From positions 20,578 through 84,577 of the forward strand of contig CAITMU010000125.1 in the NCBI GenBank assembly GCA_903893565.1: a stretch of DNA of 64,000 bases, read 5' to 3'. The notes under the pieces were generated by a model. It ran no database searches, was not told where the DNA came from, and saw nothing but the letters and a program-made list of their open reading frames with translations. Both the position numbers and the translations under genes were made by a program. Source of the DNA: an uncultured beta proteobacterium. Lineage in GTDB: Bacteria > Pseudomonadota > Gammaproteobacteria > Burkholderiales > SG8-41. Below, in pieces: positions 8,624 to 18,453 of the stretch. Position 1 is the first letter of the stretch; each line of letters opens with the position of its first letter.

Positions 8624-8938
8624 TTTGTAAGAATTAACGAATCTTATTTTTCAGGTCGTTTAATCCTATTTTTCATAGGGCAAGTTTTTTTGACGACACT
8701 TGACATGAAGCGAAGTGCAGTGCCATGCAGTGCGCGAAGCGGTGAACCTTTTTCGAACGGCAAATTCGAAATCGACCTCAATGCTGTCTGGGAGACGGCA
8801 CAGGAATGACTGCCAGAGTTGCCGAAGCCACTATCTGCAGTGAGGCAGAACACCTCGAATCAATCGGTTTGATAAGATTTTCTTCGAATTCAATCCTAAG
8901 TGTATTGCGCTTTTTTTTGACAGTTTTTTTTAAATCAC

Positions 8939-10135
8939 TTAAAAAGCGGAAAGACCCGTTTGCGCACGACCTAAAACTAATGCATGAATATCATGGGTGC
9001 CTTCCAGTGTATTGATCGTTTCCATATTCATCAGATGACGAATCACATGGTATTCATCAGAAATCCCATTACCCCCCAGCATATCGCGAGCGTTTCTAGC
9101 AACTTCCAGTGCTTTACCGGTGCAATTTCTTTTAACCAAAGAAACCATCTCAGGGGTGGCTTGCCCTTTTTCTCTCAAACGAGATAAATGTAAGCTCGAT
9201 AATAAACCCAACGTAATTTCAGTTTGCATATCCGCTAATTTTTTCTGGATCAATTGATTCGCCGCTAAGGGCTTGCCAAATTGCTTGCGATCCATCGTGT
9301 ATTGTCGAGCAATATGCCAACAGGCTTCTGCAGCGCCCATAGCGCCCCAACAAATGGAAAAGCGGGCATTGTTTAGGCAGCCAAAAGGTCCCTTCAAACC
9401 CTTGACACCGGGTAACAAATTTTCATCGGGCACGAATACTTCATCCATCGTGACTTCACCTGTTTGTGAAGCCCTGACTGAAAACTTACCCTCAATTTTT
9501 CGGGTAGATAGACCTTTCATGCCACGTTCTAAGATAAACCCTCTGACAACCCCCTCCTCGTCTTTGGCCCAAATAACCAGAACATGAGCGATCGGAGCGT
9601 GAGTAATCCAAAGCTTGCTGCCCGTTAAAGACCAGCCACCCGGAACCTTTTTGGCTCGAGATTTCATGCCGCCTGCATCAGAACCGTGATCAGGTTCTGT
9701 TAGCCCGAAACAGCCCAAGAGTTCACCCGTTGCCATTTTAGGAAGATATTTTTGGCGATGTTCCTCACTGCCATAGGCATAGATGGGGGTCATCGCAAGA
9801 CCGGTTTGTACGCTGCACGCGGATCTAAACGCAGTGTCAACCCGTTCTAATTCTCGCATGACAAGACCATAAGCAACATAACCGATACCGGCGCATCCAT
9901 ATCCTTCAAGAGGGGCCCCCAGAAAACCTAATTCCCCCATCTCTCGCATGACGATAGGATCGAAGGATTCGTTACGATTCCAATCACGGATTCGAGGGAG
10001 CAATTTTTCTTGTGCATAGGCGCGAGCCGTATCACGGATCATGCGTTCGTCATCCGTCAGTAAATCTTCAATCAGTAACGGGTCTTCCCATTTGAATTGT
10101 CCACCAATCAAAGTGACCTTCGTAAAATCAGTCAT
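8939..10135 (-). CDS. gcdH: Glutaryl-CoA dehydrogenase
   Basis: Acyl-CoA dehydrogenase fold with a GcdH-type N-terminus ([22 protein letters not shown]), LTEPDHGSD and a C-terminal [13 protein letters not shown]. The start is set at the ATG at 10135 (MTDFTK), because the longer ORF runs into the upstream terminator hairpin. Confidence 0.9.
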   Translation of the reverse strand: MTDFTKVTLIGGQFKWEDPLLIEDLLTDDERMIRDTARAYAQEKLLPRIRDWNRNESFDPIVMREMGELGFLGAPLEGYGCAGIGYVAYGLVMRELERVDTAFRSACSVQTGLAMTPIYAYGSEEHRQKYLPKMATGELLGCFGLTEPDHGSDAGGMKSRAKKVPGGWSLTGSKLWITHAPIAHVLVIWAKDEEGVVRGFILERGMKGLSTRKIEGKFSVRASQTGEVTMDEVFVPDENLLPGVKGLKGPFGCLNNARFSICWGAMGAAEACWHIARQYTMDRKQFGKPLAANQLIQKKLADMQTEITLGLLSSLHLSRLREKGQATPEMVSLVKRNCTGKALEVARNARDMLGGNGISDEYHVIRHLMNMETINTLEGTHDIHALVLGRAQTGLSAF

Positions 10136-10170
10136 ATCAATCTCTCTGCATGCCGTTATAAAGCGATATT

Positions 10171-10203
10171 GAAAAAATAAAGGCCGGTGTGATTTCACCG
10201 GCC
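10171..10203 (-). terminator. Rho-independent terminator downstream of the thiolase gene
   Basis: An 8-bp GC-rich stem GGCCGGTG/CACCGGCC (10182-10189 and 10196-10203) with a 6-nt loop, followed on the minus strand by TTTATTTTTTC. A second perfect palindrome, GGGGGCAATTGCCCCC, lies about 30 bp further toward the thiolase stop. Confidence 0.6.
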
Positions 10204-10248
10204 GGTCTTAGATTACTTGAACCGGAGGGGGCAATTGCCCCCGTTCGA

Positions 10249-11451
10249 TTACACGCGTTCCAGAATAACCGCGGTGCCCTGCCCTCCACCAATACAAAGA
10301 CTGACGAGCGCATAACGTCCGCCGGTGCGTTGCAATTGACGTGCGGCTGTTAAAGCAATTCTCGCTCCAGAGGCCCCTAAGGGATGACCGATCGCAATGG
10401 CTCCACCGTTCGGATTAACACGCGGATCATCGAAAGCGACGTCCAAGCCTTTTAAACAACCCAAGACTTGCGCGGCAAAGGCTTCATTAATTTCAATGAT
10501 GTCCATGTCTTTAATGCTCATGCCTAAACGAGCCAATGCCTTTTTCGAGGCGGCTACTGGACCAATACCCATGATATGAGGAGGAGCCCCGTGAGAGGCA
10601 GAGGCAATAATACGCACCAACGGTTTAATACCCGCTTTTTCGCCAGCCGCTTTGGAACCGACGGTGAGGCATACGGCGCCATCGTTAACACCCGAGGCAT
10701 TGCCCGCGGTGGTAATGCCATCTTTATAGAGCACCTTCATTTTGGCTAATGTGGCAACATCACTTTCGGGCCTGGGATGCTCATCATCACAGATGGCGGG
10801 AACTGGGCCTTTACGGGTCGGTGGTAATTCAATGGGGATAATTTCATCTTTAAAAAATCCGGCCGCCTTGGCTGCCGCATATTTTTTTTGTGAAGAAGCC
10901 GAATAGATGTCGGCTTGTTCACGGGTAATGCCGTATTCTTTTGCCAAATTGTCAGAGGTTTGGGGCATTTGGTCATCACCAAAACGCTTGACCAGTGCTG
11001 GGTTAGAAAACCGAGGGCCGATAGTGCTATCGTAGAATTTGATACCACGATCAAAGGCGGATTCTGATCGGCTCATGACAATGGGTGAACGGCTCATGCT
11101 TTCGACGCCACCCACAATAAATACATCGCCCTCGCCTGCCGTAATCGCGTGCGATGCATGCACTAAAGCGCCTAAGCCACTAGCGCAATTACGTTGAATC
11201 ACCGTACCCGGAGTCTCAATGGGTAAATCAGCCATTAAAAGCGCGTGACGAGCCACACAACGGCTGTCTTCACCGCCTTGATTGGCACAGCCCACGATCA
11301 CGTCTTCTATTTGGCTTGGCTTGAATGCGGAATTTGCCATGACCGATTTAATCACACTGCCCAACAAATCATCTGGACGCACTTTGGCTAATACGCCGCC
11401 ATGACGACCAAAGGGGCTACGCTTACCTTCATATAAATAGGCATCTAACAT
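10249..11451 (-). CDS. Acetyl-CoA C-acetyltransferase (thiolase II)
   Basis: Thiolase signatures: QRNCASGLGA (active-site Cys), IGHPLGASGARI and LCIGGGQGTAVILE. 400 aa. Confidence 0.95.
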   Translation of the reverse strand: MLDAYLYEGKRSPFGRHGGVLAKVRPDDLLGSVIKSVMANSAFKPSQIEDVIVGCANQGGEDSRCVARHALLMADLPIETPGTVIQRNCASGLGALVHASHAITAGEGDVFIVGGVESMSRSPIVMSRSESAFDRGIKFYDSTIGPRFSNPALVKRFGDDQMPQTSDNLAKEYGITREQADIYSASSQKKYAAAKAAGFFKDEIIPIELPPTRKGPVPAICDDEHPRPESDVATLAKMKVLYKDGITTAGNASGVNDGAVCLTVGSKAAGEKAGIKPLVRIIASASHGAPPHIMGIGPVAASKKALARLGMSIKDMDIIEINEAFAAQVLGCLKGLDVAFDDPRVNPNGGAIAIGHPLGASGARIALTAARQLQRTGGRYALVSLCIGGGQGTAVILERV

Positions 11452-11495
11452 TTTTAAATTCCTTTATTGTTTGAGGTTTTTTCGTTTTATTTTGA

Positions 11496-13025
11496 TTACG
11501 GTTCTGGCGTCAAAAGGGAAACGCCTAATTTAGCGCGACGTGTGAGCCAGATATTAGGACGATATCGTGGATCTGCATAAATTTTATTCATGCTACTTAA
11601 AATTCTGTAGATATTTTTCACGCCTAAAACATCGGCAAATTTAAAGGGCCCATTCGGATAGTTAAGTCCCAATGTGACCGCTTTGTCGATGTCGGCTGGA
11701 GAGGCGGTGCGACTTTGTGCAATCGAGCATCCAATATTGACAATCATGGCTACAATTCTTTGGGCAATAAAGCCCGGACTATCTCGACAAACCGTCACAG
11801 GTACGCCATCACTGGCGAGTAAGCCGTGAGCTGCCTCTTTATAGGCAGCTTGCGTCAATGGTGTACTCATTATAGTGCGCCGTTTCACCATCGGAAACAA
11901 CGTATCAACTGCCATGGTACGGGTCGGATCCAGTCCTTGGTCAGTGGCTGCTGTGGTCGCATCCTCTCCGATAGGAGTGACTAGAATCAAGGCTTTGGCA
12001 GAAGGAGTTTTACCTGTCTCAAGGTTTGCGCCCAACTGGCTTAGTAGAGCACTTAATTTGGCGTGGCCTTCGGCTTCCACCGGGCTAATCCACACTGAGT
12101 CTGGGCGAGATTTGGGAGCGGGAGCTTCTGGGGCCACAATCGCTTTCATATCAGCGTCGTAATTGTAAAAGCCTTTTTTACTTTTACGCCCTAGCACGCC
12201 AGCTTCATAACGCTCTTGCATGATTAAACTGGGTCTATAGCGCGGTTCTTGGAAAAACTGATTGTAAATCAGCGCTGATGCAGGTTGAGTGACATCCAAC
12301 CCCGTCAGTTCCATGAGCTCAAAGGGGCCCATACGAAAGCCACCGACGTCACGCATGACGCGGTCGACATCAGCGAAATTAGAGATGCCTTCATGAACAA
12401 GATGAGAGCCTTCGAGGGTGAATCCACGCCCTACTTGATTGACAAGAAATCCGGGTGCATCGATGAGTCTCACGGGTTCCCGGGTCATGCGGCGCCCCAG
12501 GTCCATCAACGCATCACAAACCCAACTCTCGGTTAATAGCCCTGAGATCACCTCGACTAACTTCATCAAGGGAACGGGGTTAAAGAAGTGGAATCCGGCA
12601 AAACGATGAGGCGTTTTTAACTTTGCACCAATGGTGGTGACTGACATCGAAGAGGTGTTCGAAACGAGAATACATTCGGGAGTTACGATCGACTCGAGTT
12701 CAGCAAATAAAGCGCGCTTGGCCTCAAGATTTTCAATAATCGCTTCGATTACGACGTGACAATTGCCCATCTGCTTATGGCTATCGACAATTTCGATGCG
12801 ATCTACGGAAGCTTTGGCTTCGGCTTTACTGATGGTGCCTTTTTCAGCAGCCCGATCTAGCATCTTACCGATGAACTCTTTGGCCTCTGCAGCACCACCG
12901 GGTCTGGCATCGGTCATTAAAACCTTCATGCCGCCTGCGGCTGTTACTTGGGCAATACCACGCCCCATGGCACCCGTACCAATCACTCCGACTGTCAAGT
13001 CAGGCCGAGAAATGTCCAACTTCAT
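11496..13025 (-). CDS. 3-hydroxyacyl-CoA dehydrogenase (long form with duplicated C-terminal domain)
   Basis: N-terminal Rossmann motif VGVIGTGAMGRGIA, then an HCDH catalytic region (NTSSMSV, FHFFNPVP) and a second C-terminal domain. 509 aa. Confidence 0.9.
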   Translation of the reverse strand: MKLDISRPDLTVGVIGTGAMGRGIAQVTAAGGMKVLMTDARPGGAAEAKEFIGKMLDRAAEKGTISKAEAKASVDRIEIVDSHKQMGNCHVVIEAIIENLEAKRALFAELESIVTPECILVSNTSSMSVTTIGAKLKTPHRFAGFHFFNPVPLMKLVEVISGLLTESWVCDALMDLGRRMTREPVRLIDAPGFLVNQVGRGFTLEGSHLVHEGISNFADVDRVMRDVGGFRMGPFELMELTGLDVTQPASALIYNQFFQEPRYRPSLIMQERYEAGVLGRKSKKGFYNYDADMKAIVAPEAPAPKSRPDSVWISPVEAEGHAKLSALLSQLGANLETGKTPSAKALILVTPIGEDATTAATDQGLDPTRTMAVDTLFPMVKRRTIMSTPLTQAAYKEAAHGLLASDGVPVTVCRDSPGFIAQRIVAMIVNIGCSIAQSRTASPADIDKAVTLGLNYPNGPFKFADVLGVKNIYRILSSMNKIYADPRYRPNIWLTRRAKLGVSLLTPEP

Positions 13026-14038
13026 AAAACCCCCTCAGAAAATTTATAGGCAAAAAGCCCTCACACAACCATAAGTCAGGCCGTCAAATCAAAAGTTTTG
13101 CCAAAGAAACAGTGGCTTAAACGAAATAATTGTCATTATTCAACGATTTTTACAATTATAGGCGTTGCTCTTCATGGTGGCAATCATACGTCGCGGAGCT
13201 TAATTGCCAGTCTTTTGGCGCAAAAAGAATAATGCTGACAAAAGGGTCCATACAACACTTAAATGGGGTCTATTCCATTGCCAAGAAAAAGTAAAGCACC
13301 TCTCAGAAAAGCGTAAAAATTGGCTGAAAATCCTGCCCGACGATGAATTTAAGGATCTTGATAAGATTAAGAAAAAGCACGATAAAATGATGAAGCTTAA
13401 AAATCCTAAAAAAACCCCCTTTTTTTTGCAGTGCGATTATCTTAGCCTATTCATTCTCGGAAATTAACTTGATCCAAGACCCTCGTCCACAGCATTCCAC
13501 AAAGGCCACAGACCCAAAAACACCTCGTGCTAGAGCCTCCTTAGGGCAAGTGGCTTCGACCATGTTTTGGTGTCTTTGTATGATAGGTCGAAAAAATACT
13601 TGGGAAAGAGATGGGGTGAAAATCTCGATCGGACAAGCCGTAATAGGTGGCGTTATCGCTGCCATAGTGATCGTTAGTGGTTTATTGCTTTTGGCACGTT
13701 GGGCCGTGCACTAAAAAAAATTAAATTTCATACTGGGATAAATAAAAAGAGAACACGATGAGTCATTTTCTATCAAAGTCGAAGCTTCAATCACATAATC
13801 AGTGTTCACGAAGACTTTGGCTAGAACTGAATCATCCCAAAACTGCCTCGAAATTTTTTTTATCAAAGGACTGCTAATTAGCCATCTAGCCAGAACTCCC
13901 AATGCAAAGGCAAAGCACTCCCCTTACTCCCGTCCTACAATAGTATTTTATTCTCGCATTTCTTCCGAATTTTTTTGCCTATACGATTCCATCACATTTT
14001 TTTTACAAAAAAGTTAAAGGTTTTTTCTCTTTTATTTC

Positions 14039-15742
14039 ATGCTTAAAATTCAAAATCGAGAAATACCAGAAGCGGTGGTCAAGCACCTTGAGGACCATGG
14101 CATTCATCCCTTGATGGCTCGCGTCTACGCGGCTCGAGGTATTGATCATATTGAATCGATAGAAACTTCTCTGGCCCGCTTGTTGCCCCCGACTGGCATG
14201 ATGAACGTTGAGTCCATGGCGCAAAAGCTCTCTCAAGCGATAGAAAAAAAAAGCCGCTTACTCATTATCGCCGATTATGATGCCGATGGCGCAACCGCTT
14301 GTGTCGTTGGATTACGGGCACTGCGAGCGATGGGGGCTCAGATTGATTATTTAGTTCCTAATCGATTTGAGTATGGCTATGGACTCACCGCAGAGATTGT
14401 GAATCTCGCGCATCAACAAAAAAATCCTGACATTATTATAACCGTTGATAATGGCATTGCCAGTGTTGAGGGTGTGCAACGAGCCAATGAATTGGGTATT
14501 CGAGTTTTAGTGACTGATCATCATTTACCGGGCGACGTGTTGCCCGCCGCTTGGGACATTATTAATCCCAATCAACAGGGTTGTCCTTTTGCTAGTAAGC
14601 ATTTAGCCGGTGTTGGGGTGATGTTTTATTTAGCGTTGGCCCTGCGCGCGTTACTGCGCCAAAAAGGACAGCAAAATTTACCCAACCTATCCCATTTGTT
14701 GGATTTGGTGGCTTTAGGAACGGTGGCTGATGTTGTCAAACTAGATGACAACAATCGCATCTTAGTCTCCCACGGCTTACAATTGATTCGTGCGGGGCGC
14801 GCTCATGCGGGTATTGTGGCATTACTTGAAGTCGCAGGACGAGACGCTTCACAACTCGTTTCCCAAGATTTGGGCTTTACTTTAGGACCTCGGTTAAACG
14901 CAGCCGGAAGGCTCACCGATATGAGCCTAGGTATTGAGTGCCTGCTCACCGATGACCCAACTAGAGCGAAAGTTTTAGCAATTGAACTAGACCGATTAAA
15001 TCAGCAGCGACGTCAAATAGAATCCACTATGCAAGCCTCAGCGATGGTTCGTTTGGAGTCCTTTGATCCCCAAGAAGCTTATACGGTATGCCTTTTAGAT
15101 ACCCAGTGGCATCAAGGCGTTATCGGTATTGTGGCTTCCCGTCTAAAGGACCAATTTCATCGCCCCACCGTGGCTTTTGCCAAGGGCGCTGATGGTTTAA
15201 TTAAAGGATCTGGGCGCTCGATTGCAGGTTTACACCTACGAGATGCCATCGATAGGGTCAGCAAAATAGACCCCCAACTTATTTTACAATTTGGGGGTCA
15301 TGCTGCTGCAGCCGGATTAACCCTACGAGAATGCGATTTTGAACGATTCAAAGCGCTATTTGAAGAAGTGGTTCAATGCCTCCTCACCCCAGAGGAGCTG
15401 CAACTCACGATCTATACCGATGGTTCATTACCCGCTTCATTGGTCAGTTTGGAGTCCGCCCAATTGATTCGTCAGGGCGTTTGGGGACAAGGTTTTGGGG
15501 AACCTCGATTTTCGGATACTTTTCAAGTTTTAAGGCAAAAAGTATTAAAAGACAAACATCTAAAATTAACCTTGGGTCGAGGCAGGAAGGCTTTTGAGGC
15601 TATATTTTTTAATGAAGTAGGCCCCTTGTCTGATTCTATTTTTGCGATTTACCGCTTGAATGTGAACGAATATAACGGCCTGCAAACCCCACAATTGATG
15701 CTCGAACATTGGCATGAAATCAGCAAACTAGAGGCTCAGTGA
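14039..15742 (+). CDS. recJ: Single-stranded-DNA-specific exonuclease RecJ
   Basis: DHH family motifs (IIADYDADGAT, VTDHHLP) and DHHA1 (GGHAAAAG), 567 aa. The recJ-prfB-lysS order is as in E. coli. Confidence 0.95.
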   Translation: MLKIQNREIPEAVVKHLEDHGIHPLMARVYAARGIDHIESIETSLARLLPPTGMMNVESMAQKLSQAIEKKSRLLIIADYDADGATACVVGLRALRAMGAQIDYLVPNRFEYGYGLTAEIVNLAHQQKNPDIIITVDNGIASVEGVQRANELGIRVLVTDHHLPGDVLPAAWDIINPNQQGCPFASKHLAGVGVMFYLALALRALLRQKGQQNLPNLSHLLDLVALGTVADVVKLDDNNRILVSHGLQLIRAGRAHAGIVALLEVAGRDASQLVSQDLGFTLGPRLNAAGRLTDMSLGIECLLTDDPTRAKVLAIELDRLNQQRRQIESTMQASAMVRLESFDPQEAYTVCLLDTQWHQGVIGIVASRLKDQFHRPTVAFAKGADGLIKGSGRSIAGLHLRDAIDRVSKIDPQLILQFGGHAAAAGLTLRECDFERFKALFEEVVQCLLTPEELQLTIYTDGSLPASLVSLESAQLIRQGVWGQGFGEPRFSDTFQVLRQKVLKDKHLKLTLGRGRKAFEAIFFNEVGPLSDSIFAIYRLNVNEYNGLQTPQLMLEHWHEISKLEAQ

Positions 15743-15791
15743 GTCAGTGATCGGTTATAATTTAGCCTTTTGAAAAGAAGCCCTTATACCT

Positions 15792-16896
15792 ATGGAAGCT
15801 GAACGCATAAATATCATTGCTAAGCAATTGGGCGATATTGATTCACGTGCAACGGAGTTGCGGAGGTATCTTTGACTACGATAACAAACGTAATCGACTC
15901 GATGAGGTCACTCGCCTAGCCGAGGATCCGGCTATTTGGGCTGATAGCGCTCGCACTCAGGAACTTGGCAAAGAACGAAAAGCACTGGAATACACCGTGC
16001 ATTCGCTCACCACTTTGGCCAGTAACATTCGTGATACGACTGAGCTTTTTCAGTTAGCTAGAACAGAAGCGGATAATGAGACTTTAGAAGTCACTGCAGA
16101 AGAAACCCTGCATCTTCTTAATAAAGTGGAAGAACTTGAGTTTCGCCGTATGTTTTCGGGTGAAATGGACGCGAATAATTGCTTTTTAGATATTCAATCC
16201 GGATCAGGTGGCACTGAAGCTCAAGACTGGGCCTGTATCCTTGAGCGCATGTATTTACGCTATTGTGAAGGCAAGAAATTTAAGGTTGAATTACTCGAAG
16301 AGTCCGCGGGTGAAGTAGCAGGCATTAAAAGTGCCTCCATCAAGATTAGTGGCGATTATGCTTATGGTCATTTGAGAACCGAAAGTGGGGTTCATCGATT
16401 GGTCAGAAAATCTCCCTTCGACTCGAATAATCGACGTCATACTTCTTTTGCCAGTGTGTTTGTGTATCCTGAGGTCGATGATTCGATTCAAATCGATATC
16501 AATCCTGCCGATTTACGAACCGATACCTTCCGCGCTTCAGGGGCTGGGGGGCAGCACATTAATAAAACCGATTCTGCTGTTCGTATCACGCATGTGCCTA
16601 GCGGGATTGTCGTGCAATGTCAAAGTGACCGCTCTCAACATAGAAATCGGGCTGAGGCGATGATGATGCTTAAGTCAAGGCTCTTTGAACTGGAGTTACG
16701 AAAACGTAATGAAGAAAAGCAGGCCATGGAGGATGCCAAAACCGATATTGGTTGGGGCCATCAAATCCGCTCCTATGTGCTTGATCAATCGCGCATTAAA
16801 GATTTGCGCACTAATGTGGAAATAGGCAATACCCAGTCTGTACTCGATGGGGCTTTGGATATCTTTATCCAAGCCAGCCTAAAACAAGGACTCTAA
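15792..16896 (+). CDS. prfB: Peptide chain release factor 2, expressed via a +1 programmed ribosomal frameshift
   Basis: Frame 0 runs from the ATG at 15792 ([27 protein letters not shown]) to an in-frame TGA at 15873-15875. The slippery site CTT TGA C is preceded by the SD-like GGAGG (15862-15866). The +1 frame continues [11 protein letters not shown]..., with the SPF and GGQ ([10 protein letters not shown]) motifs. Confidence 0.95.
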
Positions 16897-16899
16897 GTC

Positions 16900-18399
16900 A
16901 TGGAAAATACACCGTCATTGCCCGAGATCGATACCAATAAAATCATCGAAGAGCGACGCGCAAAATTAACTGCCATTCGTGCCACAGGGATTGCTTTCCC
17001 AAACGATTTTGTGCAAAAAGATTTAGCCTCTTCCGTGAGTCAAGCGCACCAAGATAAGACCCACGAGATACTGGATCAGACGCCAATTGCTGCCACATTG
17101 GCCGGACGAATTATGTTTAAGCGAGTCATGGGTAAGGCTTGTTTTGCCAGTTTACAAGACACGACGGGCAGAATGCAGCTCTACTTATCTGAGGCCGACA
17201 CCGGTAAAAGCAGTGTAGACTTATTTAAGCACTATGACATTGGCGATATTATTGGGGTCAGTGGGATCTTATTTAAAACCAAAACGGGTGAATTGACCCT
17301 ACGGGTTAAGACGCTTCGATTGCTCACAAAGTCGCTTCGCCCCTTGCCTGAAAAATTTCATGGTCTGACGGACCAAGAAATAAAATACCGGCAGCGTTAT
17401 GTTGATCTGATTGTGAACGAGGACACGCGCAATACGTTTCGTAAGCGTTCTCGCATTATTCAAACCATTCGTGATATTTTCAATCAAGAAAATTATCTCG
17501 AAGTCGAAACCCCTATGATGCAGGCCATTCCCGGAGGGGCGGCAGCCAAGCCCTTCATTACGCATCACAATGCTCTGGATATGGCGCTCTACTTAAGGAT
17601 TGCCCCCGAACTTTATTTAAAGCGCTTGGTGGTCGGTGGATTTGAGCGGGTGTTTGAAATTAACCGCAATTTTCGCAATGAAGGCATGTCGACCCGACAT
17701 AACCCTGAATTTACCATGTTAGAATTTTATTGTGCCTATATGGAAGTCAATGGCATGATGGATTTTATTGAAAAATTGATTCGACAAGTCGCCGAAACAA
17801 CCGGTTCAGCACAAGTGAACTATCAGGGGCATTCGATTGATTTTGCCAAACCGTATCAGCGTCTGACCATTGCTCAAGCCATTACCCAATACAGCCCTCA
17901 TATTGGACCAGAGGTGTTGGAGGATAAATCCAAAATTATCCAGGAGCTTAAAAAATTGGGTGAAGAAATGGACGACAGTGTGGGTCTGGGTGCATTACAG
18001 CTCGCACTATTTGAGCATACGGCAGAGACCCAATTAATTACCCCAACTTTTTTAATTGATTATCCCGCTGAAGTGTCTCCTCTTGCCCGACGCAATGATA
18101 AGCGTCCTGAGGTCACAGAGCGATTTGAACTGTTTATTGCCGGTCGAGAAATTGCTAACGGTTTTTCTGAATTAAACGACCCCGAAGATCAAGCCGAACG
18201 GTTTTTAGAGCAAGTCAAACAAAAAGAAGCGGGGGACGACGAAGCCATGCACTACGACGCTGACTATATTCGAGCGCTTGAATATGGATTGCCTCCGACC
18301 GCTGGGGCGGGTATCGGGATTGATCGCCTGGTGATGTTACTTACGGATAGCCCTTCCATTCGTGATGTCATCTTATTTCCGCAGATGCGCCCTGAATAA
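16900..18399 (+). CDS. lysS: Lysine--tRNA ligase (class II)
   Basis: 499 aa with an N-terminal OB anticodon-binding domain and class II motifs ([39 protein letters not shown]). Confidence 0.95.
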   Translation: MENTPSLPEIDTNKIIEERRAKLTAIRATGIAFPNDFVQKDLASSVSQAHQDKTHEILDQTPIAATLAGRIMFKRVMGKACFASLQDTTGRMQLYLSEADTGKSSVDLFKHYDIGDIIGVSGILFKTKTGELTLRVKTLRLLTKSLRPLPEKFHGLTDQEIKYRQRYVDLIVNEDTRNTFRKRSRIIQTIRDIFNQENYLEVETPMMQAIPGGAAAKPFITHHNALDMALYLRIAPELYLKRLVVGGFERVFEINRNFRNEGMSTRHNPEFTMLEFYCAYMEVNGMMDFIEKLIRQVAETTGSAQVNYQGHSIDFAKPYQRLTIAQAITQYSPHIGPEVLEDKSKIIQELKKLGEEMDDSVGLGALQLALFEHTAETQLITPTFLIDYPAEVSPLARRNDKRPEVTERFELFIAGREIANGFSELNDPEDQAERFLEQVKQKEAGDDEAMHYDADYIRALEYGLPPTAGAGIGIDRLVMLLTDSPSIRDVILFPQMRPE

Positions 18400-18453
18400 A
18401 AAATTAATTTTTTTCGAATAATACTTATTTTTATAGCATTCTGAGCCCTCATC

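Noticed and set aside
8644-8853. A 69-aa minus-strand ORF and an overlapping 69-aa + strand ORF in the convergent spacer.
   Set aside because: Neither has start signals or motifs. The region is dominated by short repeats and palindromes, so I report it only as unassigned sequence.
13204-13467. An 87-aa Lys-rich ORF with a TTG start.
   Set aside because: It has no RBS, an AT-rich low-complexity composition and no motif. I mention it in a finding but cannot support it as a feature.
15817-15873. The ORF-track start ([19 protein letters not shown]...) for the release factor gene.
   Set aside because: These codons are the +1 frame read upstream of the frameshift site. The true N-terminus comes from frame 0, starting at 15792.
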